DNA of 64,000 nucleotides from the NCBI GenBank assembly GCA_973895155.1, contig OZ316894.1:27024340-27088339 (forward strand), given 5' to 3'. Made by a program: the position numbers and the translations under genes. Under the pieces are notes generated by a model, which was given only the letters and a program-made list of their open reading frames with translations, was not told where the DNA came from and ran no database searches. The DNA is from Marsupella aquatica (taxonomy: Eukaryota; Plantae; Marchantiophyta). Shown here piece after piece: positions 26,177 to 39,545 of this stretch (positions are counted from its first letter, which is position 1; each line of letters opens with the position of its first letter).

Positions 26177-27392
26177 AACTTACAAATGAACGCCTGTCAA
26201 GATGCCCTAAGATCCTGTACACAACCCAAGGATAACATGTGACTTCTGGCTGAAGTATTTTAGTACCAATTCGATAGGCTCTTGACTCTGTCCTTTCTGT
26301 GGGTACAGTGAAATACGGGAGAAGGAACGAGCTTGTTGATACCTGGATAAGCCTTTCACAATTATTTCAATATTCTATTCTAAGATCATTGCATTCTTCA
26401 CAGATACCCGTTACTCTCAGTTGGAAAGGAGTCATGTAACTTTTGCAAGTTATCAGTACCAAACATCACAGCAGAGCAAGGGAGACAAGAAAATACATCT
26501 TTGGACGGAGGTAGGAATGCACCCTAGAACTCGAGAGGCTTACCGGTCTGCTATCCATTTCTGAACACTCATTGTAAAAAGATCACTGGGAACATAGCCG
26601 TCAAGAAATAACCACAAATTCATTGCACCTCGTGGAATCTCCTGGATTTTATCCTGGTAGCAGATCTGATCGTGGGTTGTGGTGCTGACAGAGGAAGCCC
26701 AGAGCACCTGAGTTCAATCAGAAGTTGACAAGACTAGCACTTTGGGTGGATGGATGGTCAACCCCAGCGTGGGTTAAGGCAAGGGCGAATTTGGTTACTC
26801 ACTGCAGATTTCCATCTAATGTTAGTTATTGCACGAGAGATCGGTCTCAAGTCACTGCAAAAGGGATTGGCAGTAGGCATATGCATCCTGGTAGCACGGG
26901 TCAAACAATTGCTATGTTGAAAGATCGTCTACAGCGAGGCATTGCTATAGACTCGTACACATATGTTAAAGTTCTGCAAATGTGCTTGCAACAGAAAGAC
27001 CTTCCAGGAGCCAAGCAAATTCATGATTGCATCATCGAGAGTGGAATTCACGAAAATCCATATGTGGCAATCACGCTTTTGAATGTGTATATAAAATGCG
27101 GAGGATTATCGGATGCACGTAGAGTTTTTGATCAAATTCAGAAGAAATGTGTTATTACTTGGACCAGCATGATTGCGGGATACGCTAGGAGTGATCATGC
27201 TGAATCTGCACTCGAAATTTTCAATCTAATGCGCCAAGAAGGCGTGAAGCCGAATGAGATCACGTATCTGAGCATCTTGAATGCATGTTCAAGCCCATTA
27301 GCTCTCAATTGCGGAAAAGAAATTCATCAGCATATTCGACAGGCCGGCTTTGAATCGGACGTGCGTGTAGGGACTGCTCTCGTACTGATGTA
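26177..27392 (+). pseudogene. Tandem duplicate of the upstream region and 5' part of the PPR gene
   Basis: Nearly identical to 27404-28624 (offset 1227-1232); ORF 26725..27474 is truncated after the first PPR motifs. Confidence 0.95.
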
Positions 27393-27956
27393 TTTACAAA
27401 TGAAACTTACAAATGAACACCTGTCAAGATGCCCTAAGAGTCTGTCCTGTACACAACCCAACGATAACATGTGACTTTTGGCTGAAGTATTTTAGTACCA
27501 ATTCGATATGCTCTTGACTCTGTGCTTTCTGTGGGTACAGTGAAATACGGGAGAAGGAACGAGCTTGTTGATACCTGGATATGCCTTTCACAATTATTTC
27601 AATATTCTATTCTAAGATCATTGCATTCTTGACAGATAGCCGTTACTCTCAGTTGGAAAGGAGTCATTTAACTTTTGCAAGGTATCTGTACCAAAGATCA
27701 CAGTAGAGCAAGGGAGACAAGAAAATACATCTTTGGACGGAGGTAGGAATGCACCCTAGAACTCGAGAGGCTTACCGGTCTGCTATCCATTTCTGAACAC
27801 TCATTGTAGAAAGATCACTGGAAACATAGTCGTCAAGAAATAACTACAAATTCATTGCACCTCGTGGAATCTCCTGGATTTTATCCTGGTAGCAGATCTG
27901 ATCGTGGGTTGTGGTGCTGACAGAGGAACCCCAGAGCACCTGAGTTCAATCAGAAG

Positions 27957-30900
27957 TTGACAAGACTAGCATTTTGGGTGGATGGATGGTCAACCCCAGC
28001 GTGGGTTAAGGCAAGGGCAAATTTGGGTACTCACTGCAGATTTCCATCTAATGTTAGTTATTGCACGAGAGATCGGTCTCAAGTCACTGCAAAAGGGATT
28101 GGCAGTAGGCATATGCATCCTGGTAGCACGGGTCAAACAATTGCTATGTTGAAAGATCGTCTACAGCGAGGCATTGCTATAGACTCGTACACATATGTTA
28201 AAGTTTTGCAAATGTGCTTGCAACAGAAAGACCTTCCAGGAGCCAAGCAAATTCATGATTGCATCATCGAGAGTGGAATTCACGAAAATCCATATGTGGC
28301 AATCAAGCTTTTGAATGTGTATATCAAATGCGGAGGTTTATCGGATGCATGTAGAGTTTTTGATCAAATTCAGAACAAGAGTGTTATTACTTGGACCAGC
28401 ATGATTGCGGGATACGCTAGGAGTGATCATGCTGAATCTGCACTCAAAATTTTCAATCTAATGCGCCAAGCAGGAGTGAAGCCGAATGAGATCACGTATC
28501 TGAGCATCCTGAATGCATGTTCAAGCCCATTAGCTCTCAATTGGGGAAAAGAAATTCATCAGGGTATTCGACATGCCGGCTTTGAATCGGACGTGCGTGT
28601 AGGGTCTGCTCTCGTACTGATGTACGCTAAATGTGGGCGCATCACCGAGGCAAGGAAAGTTTTTGAAAAGTTGACTAATCGAAATGTCATTACATGGAAT
28701 GTTATGATTGGAGCATGTGCAGAACGTGGTGATGGTGTGGAAGCATATCGACTATTCCTCCAAATGAGACGGGATGGCTTTGAACCAAATGCATTCACCT
28801 ATACGAGCATCCTGAATGCATCCGCATGTGATGGGGGTTTGGCATGGGTGAAGGACGTTCATGGCCACGCTAGGAAAGCGGGACTGGAGTCAAATTTGCG
28901 CGTGGGCTCTGCGCTGGTTCACATGTATGCAGAGAGTGGCAGGATAGGTGACGCCCGACTGGTTTTTGACAGAATGGAGAAACGCGATGTAGTCACATGG
29001 AATGTAATGATCGGTGGACTTGCACAACACAGAAGTGGGCATGAAGCTTATCAATTGTTTCTCCAGATGCGACGGGAAGGCTTCAAACCAAACGCAGTCA
29101 CTTATGTGAGCATCTTGAATGCGTCTGCATGTGCGGGGTCTTTGGAGTGGGTGAGGGAGGTTCATGGGCATGCTAGCAAAGTGGGACTGGAATCAGACTT
29201 GCGTGTGGGCACTGCACTGGTCCACATGTATGCAAAGAGTGGCAGTATAGATGACGCCCGACTTGTTTTTGAGAGAATGGAGAAACGCGATATAGTCACA
29301 TGGACTGTAATGATCGGTGGACTTGCACAACACAGAAGTGGGCATGAAGCTTATCGATTGTTTCTCCAGATGCGACGGGAAGGCTTTGAACCAAACGCAG
29401 TCACTTATGTGAGCATCCTAAATGCGTCTGCAAGTGCGGGGTCTTTGGAGTGGGTGAAGGAGGTTCATGGCCACGCTAGCAAAGCCGGAATGGAATCGGA
29501 TTTGTGTGTGGGTAGTGCACTCCTTCAAATGTATGCAGAGAGTGGCAGTATAGCCGACGCCCGACTTGTTTTTAACAGAATGGAGAAACGCAATGTAATC
29601 ACATGGAATGTAATGATAGGAGAGCTTGCACAACACGGATCTGGGCATGAAGCATATCGGTTGTTTCTCCAAATGAGACGGGAAGGCTTTGAACCAGATG
29701 CATTCACTTATGCAAGTATTCTGAATGCATCTGCAACTGCGGGGGCTTTGGAGTGGGTAAAGGAGGTTCATGGCCACGCTAGCAAAGCCGGACCGGAGTC
29801 GAATTTGCGTGTGGGTAGTGCACTCGTTCACATGTATGCAGAGAGTGGCAGTATAGCTGACGCCCGACTTGTTTTTAATAGAATGGAGAAACGCAATGTA
29901 ATCACATGGAATGTAATGATAGGAGGGCTTGCACAACATGGATTTGGGCATGAAGCATATCGGTTGTTTCTCCAAATGAGACGGGAAGGCTTTGAACCAG
30001 ATGCATTCACTTATGCGAGTATTCTGAATGCATCTACAAGTGCAGGGGCTTTAGAGTGGGTGAAGGAGGTTCATGGCCACGCTAGCAAAGTCAGACTGGA
30101 GTCGGATTTGCGTGTGGGTAGTGCACATGGAACGTAATGATCGGGGGACTTGCACAACATGGATGTGGGCACAAAGCCCTGGAACTTTTCAGACAAATGA
30201 GTGCAGACGATGTGAAGCCCACCGAGACGTCATTCACAGCTGTGTTGTCAACCTGTTCTCATGGAGGCCTTGTTGATGATGGCCGTAGAATCTTTTTTGC
30301 TATGACGCAAGATTATGGTATCGAGCGTACTGTTTTTCACTATAACCTCATGGTGGATATTCTTGGGCGGGCAGGACACGTGGAAGAAGCAAAGCAGTTG
30401 ATCAGTGAGATGCCGATCGAACCAGATGATGTAACTTGGACAGCCTTGCTTGGGGCTTGTAGAACTTACGGTAACGTGGAGCTAGGTGAACTGGCCGCTA
30501 ACGAGCTTTTCAAGTTGGAACCCGGTAAGGCCTCTACATATGTGTTGCTCTCCAATATCTATGCTACAGTTGGGAAGTGGGAGAAGGTGTCATCTGTGCG
30601 CACTATGATGCAAGAGAGAGGTGTTTGGAAGGAGCCAGGACGTAGCTGGATGAAAGTTCATGACAAGATCCATGAATTTGTGGTGGGGGATACATCTCAC
30701 CCAGAAGCGGAGGCGATCTATACTGAGCTGAATAAATTGACTGAAAAACTGGAGGCAAAAGGCTACATTCCGGATACCCAGCTTGTATTGCATGATATCA
30801 ATGAAGAGGATAAAGAGCTAGGCCTTTGCTCTCATAGTGAGAAGTTGGCTATTGCTTACGGACTTATGCACCTACCTTGGGGAGAACCTATTCGTGTAAG

Positions 30901-31042
30901 TAAGAACCTTTGGGTGTGTTTAGATTGCCACTCAGCAACCAAGTATATCTCTAAGGTGAGCGGACGCGAGATTATTGCAAGGGATGCAAATCGGTTCCAC
31001 CATTTTAAAGATGGAATGTGTTCTTGTGGTGATTACTGGTGA
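27957..31042 (+). pseudogene. PLS-class PPR protein with E and DYW deaminase domains (organellar C-to-U editing factor), frameshifted
   Basis: Repeated 101-aa PLS triplets, PG box (PGRSW), HSEKLA, CxDCH, terminal CSCGDYW. An 82-bp deletion near 30126 splits it into ORFs 27957..30137 and 30137..31042. Confidence 0.95.
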
Positions 31043-31666
31043 ACCCAGATTGAAATCTGTGTTGGGTTGGCTGGAAAGTGACTTCAAATCAGTAGTCACT
31101 GGCAGCGCAGATACAGTCAGGTTTAATTTTGGGTGGTCGCAATTATGTAACATTAATTTTTTAGATTCTGCAATTGGGGATTGTACCTAGCCCTCTTCTG
31201 GCTGAAAGACCATTTCATGTAAGAGAAATGTCACGCAAGTTTCGTTTTGAGTGTCCAAATTATAGGTGCGTGAAATCAAGCTATTGGCTTGATATGTAGA
31301 AACCTCTTTTGACATCTTAGTTGAGTATTGTCCTTAGATCAAAAGAAGAGTTTGCATACAGTAGCTGCCTTGCTGTGAACAGGGTACTGGAACAGGAGAT
31401 GAAAATCAAGGGCATAAAGATCAAATGCGCGGATGGTGACCTCCACCAACAGAAAGCTTCAAGCAATGAGTCTTCGAGTTCATCGACTTGCAGGAAGCCT
31501 TTGGCCGAGACTGATGGATGTATTCAGATCTTCGAATACATCCATGTCCAAGATTAGATAATTCAATTCTAGTAAAGTGGCCATGTTCTTATTTTGCCCC
31601 AGGGTCCCCACTTTTCTCCCCAATAACTTTCATTTATTTGGATTTCATGACAACTCACCCTACTCA

Positions 31667-31689
31667 CCCTAAACCCTAAACCCTAAACC
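31667..31689 (-). repeat. Interstitial plant telomere repeat (CCCTAAA)3
   Basis: ccctaaaccctaaaccctaaacc. Confidence 0.85.
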
Positions 31690-32188
31690 TCTTTCTACGA
31701 GCAAGAGTAAAGGATTCAGCAATTACTTTTCCTTGTTTGCAACTTAAAATACATACAAAGCTTATTAAACTCATTCTAACTCCAAGTCGTTCTGTATTTC
31801 TCCTCTGCTTATGTCACTTCATTCTAAAATGTTTGAAAAAATGGTATACACTGAAAGGTTACTTAGATATTGTTAAATTTATAAGACAAAACTAGTTTCA
31901 CAAGTATCCCAAAACATTTTGTTAGGTTGGCCCAAAATTTTATCTATTGGGCCAACCAAAATGGCCCTAAGGATTGCACAAGAAAGCTACAGAATACATA
32001 GTTACTTTGCAGGAGAGATGCAAGGCAGAGTGGAAGCAGGACTATGTCATTCTACAACCCCTTGTGCACTTTATTTTATATTTCTATGGATAGTTATGAA
32101 ACACAAGCCCTATGCCAGTGTGTTTGCACTGTGCAAGGAGGGCCGATACCTGTGCCTGGTCTGGTCTTTGTTTCCGGGGGTAGCGAGG

Positions 32189-32383
32189 ATCATCAGTTAT
32201 CAGTTTGGCGTAAGGATCTCAGCTGGGGCAGCTGAGATTGAGTCAATCTCGGCTGCCCCAGCTGAGATGCGCAAAAGTTTTTTTTTTCGCATTTTTTTTC
32301 GGCGCCCCAACTTGGCGGCCTCTCTAAGATGACGTGGCGACTGATATCAGGTCGACTGATGGAAAACACTGATAACTGATGAT
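32189..32383. mobile_element. MITE-like element with 16-bp terminal inverted repeats and an internal nested palindrome
   Basis: ATCATCAGTTATCAGT (32189-32204) and ACTGATAACTGATGAT (32368-32383); 53-bp palindrome at 32216-32268. Confidence 0.65.
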
Positions 32384-32823
32384 GTAACTTTACTCTTGTT
32401 TCCGTGGCCCTATAATTAGTGCTGCAAGGCCAGGCCAGGCGAGGGGAGGGCATCAGCAGCCCTATAATGAGTGCACGAACTCCACAGAGGGGAGGAGTAT
32501 TAATTGCGAGGAGGGCTCAAAGCCCTATGCACGAGGCATCAACCCTCTTGCCGGCTTGCCTTCATGATGCCCTCGATGCCACGCGCCCTCGCGTCCTTGA
32601 TGGCAGGCATAATGAGTGCACGGAGGGGAGGAGTGTGAGGGAGCATTCGCACGGGACTACGCCTGCCTGCTTGCCTCGTTTGAAGATGGTATTAAAAGAT
32701 CGGATGGATACAAAAAAAATCAGATGCTTGTATCTGACGGTCAAGTTTGATTCCTGCTGAAGTTCAAATTTGTAACGGGACGACGGACAAAATTGGCAAA
32801 ATGGGCGGCATTGCCTATTATAG

Positions 32824-33170
32824 TGTTAGATTAGCCTGGTTTGGGGGTTATGAGATTTTTGTTAGGATTTACTCTTAAGTCTATAGTTACGACTGTACTG
32901 TAGTTAAGGCTAACCTTAGTTGCAGACTTGGTTAGGTTAGTCATGTTATGCACACTCTATAACCAAATGGTGTTTGCTTGGAGAGATGGAACTCGGGCTC
33001 GTTGTTACGGAGCTAGTTGAGAGATAGAGAGAGCTTGCGCTGTGGATGCTTGGTATGGCCGGTCGGCCTAGAGTGCAGTAAAGCTCTTGTGTGTTCCAGT
33101 GGACGTAGCCTCATGTAGAGGTGAACCACGTATCTCTCTGTGTTGACTCTTGTGCGTTGGATGGTTCATG
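32824..33170 (+). mobile_element. Copia-like LTR fragment
   Basis: Starts TGTTAG; contains GTGGACGTAGCC...GGTGAACCACGTA, a motif I recognise from plant copia LTRs. End not defined. Confidence 0.5.
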
Positions 33171-33196
33171 GGCTTGCCGTTGCGATTGTTGTCTAT

Positions 33197-34335
33197 GATC
33201 AGCAATTACAAGCCAATTCGACTGGGCCATGATTACTTGAAGACCACTCTCAGGTTGGAGTTTCCTAACACCAGAGAGGTTGCAACTTTGGCAAATCAGC
33301 AGCGGAGGGATAGGGAGGAACGCACGCAAGAGCTGTTGAAGAGGAAATTCCGGACGTTGATACAGGAATTTCCGAATTTTAAAGCTGATATCCAATCTAC
33401 ACTCAACGAATTGACCAATGTCTTAAGATTCTTGTTCCTCCAGCTGCTGCCTTGGAAGATGCTGCAGAGGGCACTCCAATTGGTGTTGACATTGGGGACG
33501 AAGATGATGAATCTGAAACATACAAAGTGGAAAGCCTTTGACACCTTCAGGAGGTAGTAGAAGAGCAGGATGTAGTACCACAGGAATCAACAGACAACTC
33601 AACAGTTTTTGACACACTTTGGGATCTTTACAATCTTCTAACGACTTGACACATCTTGAATTCTTAGGAGTGGCTAACAACGCTGATGAGAGTAGAACCT
33701 GAAGAAGACAGGCACTCCAGAGACTCCTTTCTCAGGGACATAATTGATCTCCGAAACCACCTGCTGCAAGTTTGAGCCAAATGCGAGGGGCTGGGCATTC
33801 AGAGAATTGAGGGGAGTGGTGCAGGAGATACTGGGGAGGAATTCGTTGTCGAAATTTGGGAACAGGGAGATCTATTGACCGACATAGGAGTTGTTCCACA
33901 TAGTCCTCCAGTTGAAAGCAGCCGGTCTGTTGACGCCCCCAGCTCCAGCTATACGACTACAGTGGAGAGTGAAGAAATCAAAAGCAATTCGGAGAAAATG
34001 GATGTAGTGGGTATCAAGCAAGATCTGCTAAAGGAAGCCCCGGTGTTGCCATGGGGCTCATTCCTGGACACTTGGGGCAGTCAGAGTGCGTCCCTGCCAA
34101 CTCACGGGGGATGGAATATGAGAATCACTGGGGGAAGGTTGACTATGATGTCATGATCCCTACTGAGAAGATTGCGGAAATCAACGTAAGGGCATCGTAC
34201 TACAAAGCCCCAAAGGTTGAAATTTGCCCTTGTTGAGCTCCTCTGAGGAGTGGAGGGTTGTGCCAACGGAGAGATCTTTGAAAATTCCCACTCCATGGGC
34301 CTATAAGAGCGCAAGACGAGGAAGGAGATATTATT
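33197..34335 (+). pseudogene. UVSSA: Decayed fragment of UV-stimulated scaffold protein A
   Basis: IRLGHDYLKTTLRLEFP...RTQELLKRKF; LLKEAPVLPWGSFLDTWG; ENHWGKVDYD; C*APLRSGGLCQRRDL..PLHGPI (C-terminal zinc motif). Multiple stops and frameshifts; no introns seen. Confidence 0.8.
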
Positions 34336-35703
34336 CCTGAACATTCTCCCCCATGCGATGCATGGTCAGCTTGGCCACCGCAACCGTGGCCAAAGGCAGC
34401 CCGGATATAGCTGCGGGTTCCTTTCTCTTCCTACCCCGAGACTGATTCTCGGGGTGGCTAGAAGAGGGGGACATCTCCCCATCCTCCCGGTTGGGTGGCG
34501 GTAGCGCTACCGCTGTGAGTATTGGTGTCGGGGCTGCTAAAGTCACCGTGTTATCCCCTTGCGCTTGCTGGAGTGGCACCGGGTTGCTTGGCGCATGTTG
34601 ATTTGTACCTTGCGGCCGTCAGTTCAGGGGAGGGTGAGCCTCTTTGTCTTCGGAGCTAATATTCATTGCATTTACCATGGATTGCACTCGAAGAGGTGGT
34701 GCGACCGGTGGTGGAGGTCGGCTTGACTGAGGCCGAGGCGGTGTTGGCGCGGACACGGATGAGTTGGTGCTAGTTGCAGCTGGAGGAGGCACCATGAGAT
34801 TCAGGAAGTCCCTGGGGAAGTGGAGTGATGTTAAGATAGGAGTCTCACTTGTTTGGGCAGGGCCAAACTGACAGTCTATGGAGGCTTGAACCCGGGCGGG
34901 GATATGGTCGTAATGGTGCGGCTACAAGTCTATCGTGCCCAAGAGATGGTAAACCTTGTCCGGAAGCCAAAGAAGTGCTTCCTGGAACCTGACGTACTTC
35001 TCGTCGACAAAGAAGTATTCACTGATTTTGTCAACTCGGCAAAGTTCACTCTGAAAAGGGAGGTCAAAGTTGCCGTTATAGTGATTACGGCCGGCTAAGC
35101 GGGAATGGCTCTCTCGTAAGCTCGTTCGGTCTCGTACCGGCGCGGGTTGACTTTGGCTAAGGACTAGGCTAAGTGGCTTCCCACGGATAGGAATTGCAGC
35201 CAAAATTGAAGGGCCAAACTGGACAATATTGTGACAGACATCCAGGAGTGACGGTGGGCGACTAAGGAGGGACAAAGAGGCTGAGATTGAAGTTGGCGCG
35301 CGGAATGGAGTGTGAGTGTAATGCAAGAGAATGGCCCTCCTTTTATACTCTGAGAGCTCATCGTCCGACTCATCCCTCCTCCCTTCCTATAGGCCGAGCT
35401 TTTCACGCTCATAGTGTACTGGCCACTCGCGAGTCCAATTCAGAGCGTGTCAGTAGCCGCCTCCGAGAATTTGTTATACGGACCCGAAGTGTCCCCTTAC
35501 ACGCTCGTAACCTGGGAGTACGAATGGTGCTCTGCCGCCATCCCGAACGTAAATGCTCCTTATTAACTAATGATTCCCTAGTCATAGGTACTACCTACTT
35601 AGTGTCATTATGCTAATAACTACGGCCTATGATACCCCTAATGAGTGTGCTAAGCACGGGCTAGGCCAAATCAATCATTAACCACCGTGCTGGCGGCGTC
35701 ACA
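34336..35703 (-). mobile_element. Probable LTR-retrotransposon 5' remnant (LTR plus Pro-rich leader)
   Basis: Minus strand begins TGTGACGCC near 35703, has TATAAAAGG near 35345 and Pro-rich reading frames downstream; no diagnostic domain. Confidence 0.35.
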
Positions 35704-35899
35704 CACCGACAACATTCATGTATATTTGCGACTTGGTTAGAGAAGATATGACCACACATCCCCCACCTGGCCTTCGCGATTTGACAAATAGAACATTGTC
35801 TGTTGAGCGTCAGGTTGCCATAGCCCTCTGTCGCTTTCCAGTGGTTGTTTGTTGTTGACGCTTTCAGAGATGTTTGGGGTTTCCGTGCCATGCATATCG

Positions 35900-36755
35900 G
35901 ATACTGTTTGGCAATTTGTTAGGGCTTTAATTATGCGAGCAAGGAGAACACATTTGAGTTAACCACAAGGAGAAGCCATGGCAAGAGTGAAAGAAGAATT
36001 TTGCCAACTACAAGGATTACCAAATTGTTGTGGTGCAATAGACGACACTCATTTTCAAGTGGAGCTACCGCCTAGATTACCGTGATTCCAATGATTACCG
36101 TGATTACAAGAATGGTCAGAGCATTTCTATGCAAGCTATCTGTGATAGTCGTCTTTGATTTTTGGATGTCTTTTCAGGATGGCCCGGTAGCATACAAGAC
36201 TCTCGCCTTCTATGGGTGTCCGGATTTTTTGACGATGTTACAGTACACCACACAAAACTCTCACGTCCCATGTTTACATCACATACACAATTTTGTACAA
36301 GGGAGTACATTATTGGTGATGCAGGTTATCCTGCATATCCTTGGTTGCTAAACCCTTTCCCCGGTGCAAGAGAGCATAGCCGTAAGAGAGAATTTAACTA
36401 CATGCTTAGCTCAACTAGGATGTGCGTAGAGCGTGCTTTTGGTCAGTTGGAAAATAGCTGGAGATTTATTTCATGCAAAATGTATCGTCCCTCTCCTTAT
36501 CGATTGCCGCATTATGTTACTTGTGCATGCATTCTACACAATATTCGTATTGATCGTGGAGATGTGTATGATCCAGCTTGGGGATTAGATGCAGACCCTC
36601 CTTATGAACCTGGAGGCCCTCCAACTGGAGATCATAGTTTTGGTAATGGACGTAGACATCGTGTTGCAATGATGAACTATTTGTTGCCTGAGAGAGAATG
36701 GGAGCAGGAACGACAAAGACGTCGTACTACCCCAAGGGATAATTATACATTGTGA
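35900..36755 (+). pseudogene. PIF/Harbinger DDE transposase, 5'-truncated
   Basis: GLPNCCGAIDDTH, DVFSGWPGSIQDSR, IGDAGYP, FNYMLSSTRMCVERAFGQL, ACILHN. Stop and frameshift between 36075 and 36160. Confidence 0.92.
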
Positions 36756-36936
36756 CTATTTATGTTTTCAAATGCAAATGTTGTAGGCAAGTTGAAATAA
36801 AATTTTCAATTGAAAAGTGCATGAATGTGTCATCATAGTTTTTTTGCAATTCCATGCAACTGTTAATTGAAGTACTAGACCCTAAGTACTACACTTGATA
36901 AATACAAACTAGCCAAGTGCTACTCTACTCGGGACT

Positions 36937-38144
36937 CTACTGTAAAGGTCGTGAAGAACTTGCAAGCTTCTCCATAAGGGCATTAGTCAAACATGTCATC
37001 TGCTTGGATGTTGTCTTCATTGTTGTACTCAAAGTTCTCTCTAGTCGCTCTCGGATTTCATACTCACGTTCTCGCATGCGAGAATCATGTTCTTGGATAT
37101 GAACATCACGCTTGGCCGTAGAAGCCATCTCAACACAACTGTTTGCCATGGTTCTCAAATGCGCTTGTTTATCACTACCAGACTTGGTTGTCTTTCGCTT
37201 CACACCTCTCTTGCTTGGGCCAGAAAAGTCCTGAGGGGTTGATGGTTCTCTCACTCCACCGGTATTCTCAACATTGTGTGACTGCATACCCTCGTGTGTT
37301 GGTCCTGGGCAGTATTCTTGGCTGGTAGGGATAGACATGAACCTCAACATCATCATCACCTGCAAATGACATAATGTACTTGTTGTACTATTTAATAAAG
37401 GAAAGATATAGGTGTTGAAAAGGGGACAATAATTTCAGCGCAAAATAAAATCTGTGATAAAATATCACAGAATCACTTGCATAAAAAAATACCAAAATAT
37501 AGCTACACCATGCAAAAATAACCAATGTAGAGGCAAAAGTAAGTAAGTTCTTACTCTCTGATGATAAATCAAATGGATTCTCCTGTGCATTTAGGTCCAT
37601 AGAAGAAATGTCAGAGATGAACTTTTTAGGTGGAGTGCCCGATGGAGTGACGCGTGGAATATTTGCATACCACTCCAACAATTGCTCATACAGATCAACA
37701 GAAAAATTAGTGGGGAATCGATGGTCGCATCGGTCCTTGTCACCCATGTTAAAGTAAGAAACCTGCCCAGTTTTCTCCTTCTTTTCATAGTCATAAATTG
37801 TTTTAACTTGTTCTCAATAAGCTGCCACTTCTTCTTACAAGAGTTTGGATCTCGAGTAGGATTAGGATCCACCATAAACTTTGCCACTGCTTTCCATTTC
37901 AACTTGCTACTAGTCATTTTTTTCTGTGTTGAGCCTTCCATAATGACAGTGTGATATTCATTATGTTTTGCTGCAATGAGAACCGTCATCTCCTCGTCAG
38001 ACCAATCAGGCAACTTATTCCTTCCTTGACGTTGTGGTGTAGTAGACTTGGGATCTGCAGCAATGTTCAGATCCAAATCACGCAATGGCACACCTTGTGA
38101 AGCAAACTTTGGCCTGGAACCTGTCTTTGATTCTGGCTTGTCAT
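36937..38144 (-). pseudogene. Harbinger accessory Myb/SANT (trihelix-type) DNA-binding protein, spliced
   Basis: WSDEEMTVLI...KWKAVA...RDPNSCKKKW; convergent with the transposase; acceptor tttcag at 38145-38146; last exon 36937-37360. Confidence 0.85.
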
Positions 38145-39545
38145 CTGAAAGGGACACAAATAAGTCAGTGGTGATTTTGCACATCAATATGTTTTAAACA
38201 TATTCAATGCACAAAACACATCAAGTTCATAGAAAGCATATAAAAACAAATTTAAAAAAATTTAAACCACAAGAGTTCTTCAAAAACCAATTGAAATTAT
38301 TGCAGCATGTTAAACCATGTCCTCTTGAGGCTTTCAATATTTTCAACAAAATGATGAAGCAAAGTTTTATCATATTCATATATAATGATCCACAATATAA
38401 TCATGGTCTGATGGAGGGGGGGAACTGACAGTGGACTTGCGAAGAAGGGCGGAGGGACTTGTGCTCATCCATGAGCGTTTCGACCTTCCAGAAGGAGATT
38501 GAGAGGGGCAAAAAGCTTCTTGAGAGGGGTGGAATCGATACGAGGGTGACCCCTGCTTCTGCACGAAGCTTTTTCTGCTCTCTCTCGCCATCGCTACGAT
38601 CGGGATCCGCTTTAGAGCCGGTTCTGCTGTTTTAGGGTGGAATACTAGTCTGGATTGCGGGAGCACAATTGTGGAGATCCGGTCATGAGAGTTGGAGCCA
38701 GGGGTGGCGGATGAGCCGATGCGTTAGTCTAGCGGGAGCACCTTTCCCGCTGCCACTTTTGGAGGCGAGGATTAAAAGGTAGACACATTGGAACAGGGGT
38801 TCGCATCGATCTGGTGGGGTGCTACAGTGGGTGACTGAAACAAACGGTGTGGATTACGGCAACGGACCTTGGTGTCTGCAAGCTCGGATTGGACAGCGAG
38901 TGGCGGCACTCAGATTCCTAAAAGTGTTTGGAGCTGACATTGCCAAAGAGGATGGCGGAACATGCAGAGAAGAGTTAAGGCGGCACAAAGTGTGCCTGAG
39001 TGGTTCTATTCTGACGGGAGAATTATGGAATAGTTCGGGAAGGACATCTTGGTTAATGAGATTGGACCCAGTGGACTCGAGAGGAGCCTGGAGCCCTCTT
39101 TGATTACAAGGTAAGCACTGCCCCGAACATCTTATTAACGCCGTCTGACTGTCATTGCATACATTAATTTAATGTCGGGCGAAGGTGAAAAGGGATTGGA
39201 CTACTACGGGCGCTCAGAAACCACATCTCGTGGAAGAAGCGATCGGAATGGACGTCTTTCTGAATCAAGGAACATCCGAGTGGCTACACCGATGGCTGTC
39301 CAGACTAGAACGGGGACGCTTCAGGGGGTGAGAGGGCGCGAGACCAATCTGGTTGGTTTGGCCTCTCAGAATAAAGGAAAACTCGGAGAGGAGGGAGTGG
39401 GGAGGTGCAACCAATTCTCAGCGCAAGATGCGCGGAATGATGGGGACGGACCACGGCGGGAGAGAAAGGGAGGAGGCAATCCTGGCCTACAGGGAGAGAG
39501 TAGGGGGGCTCAGCCGGCTCACAACGGGAGATACAGGACGATCTG

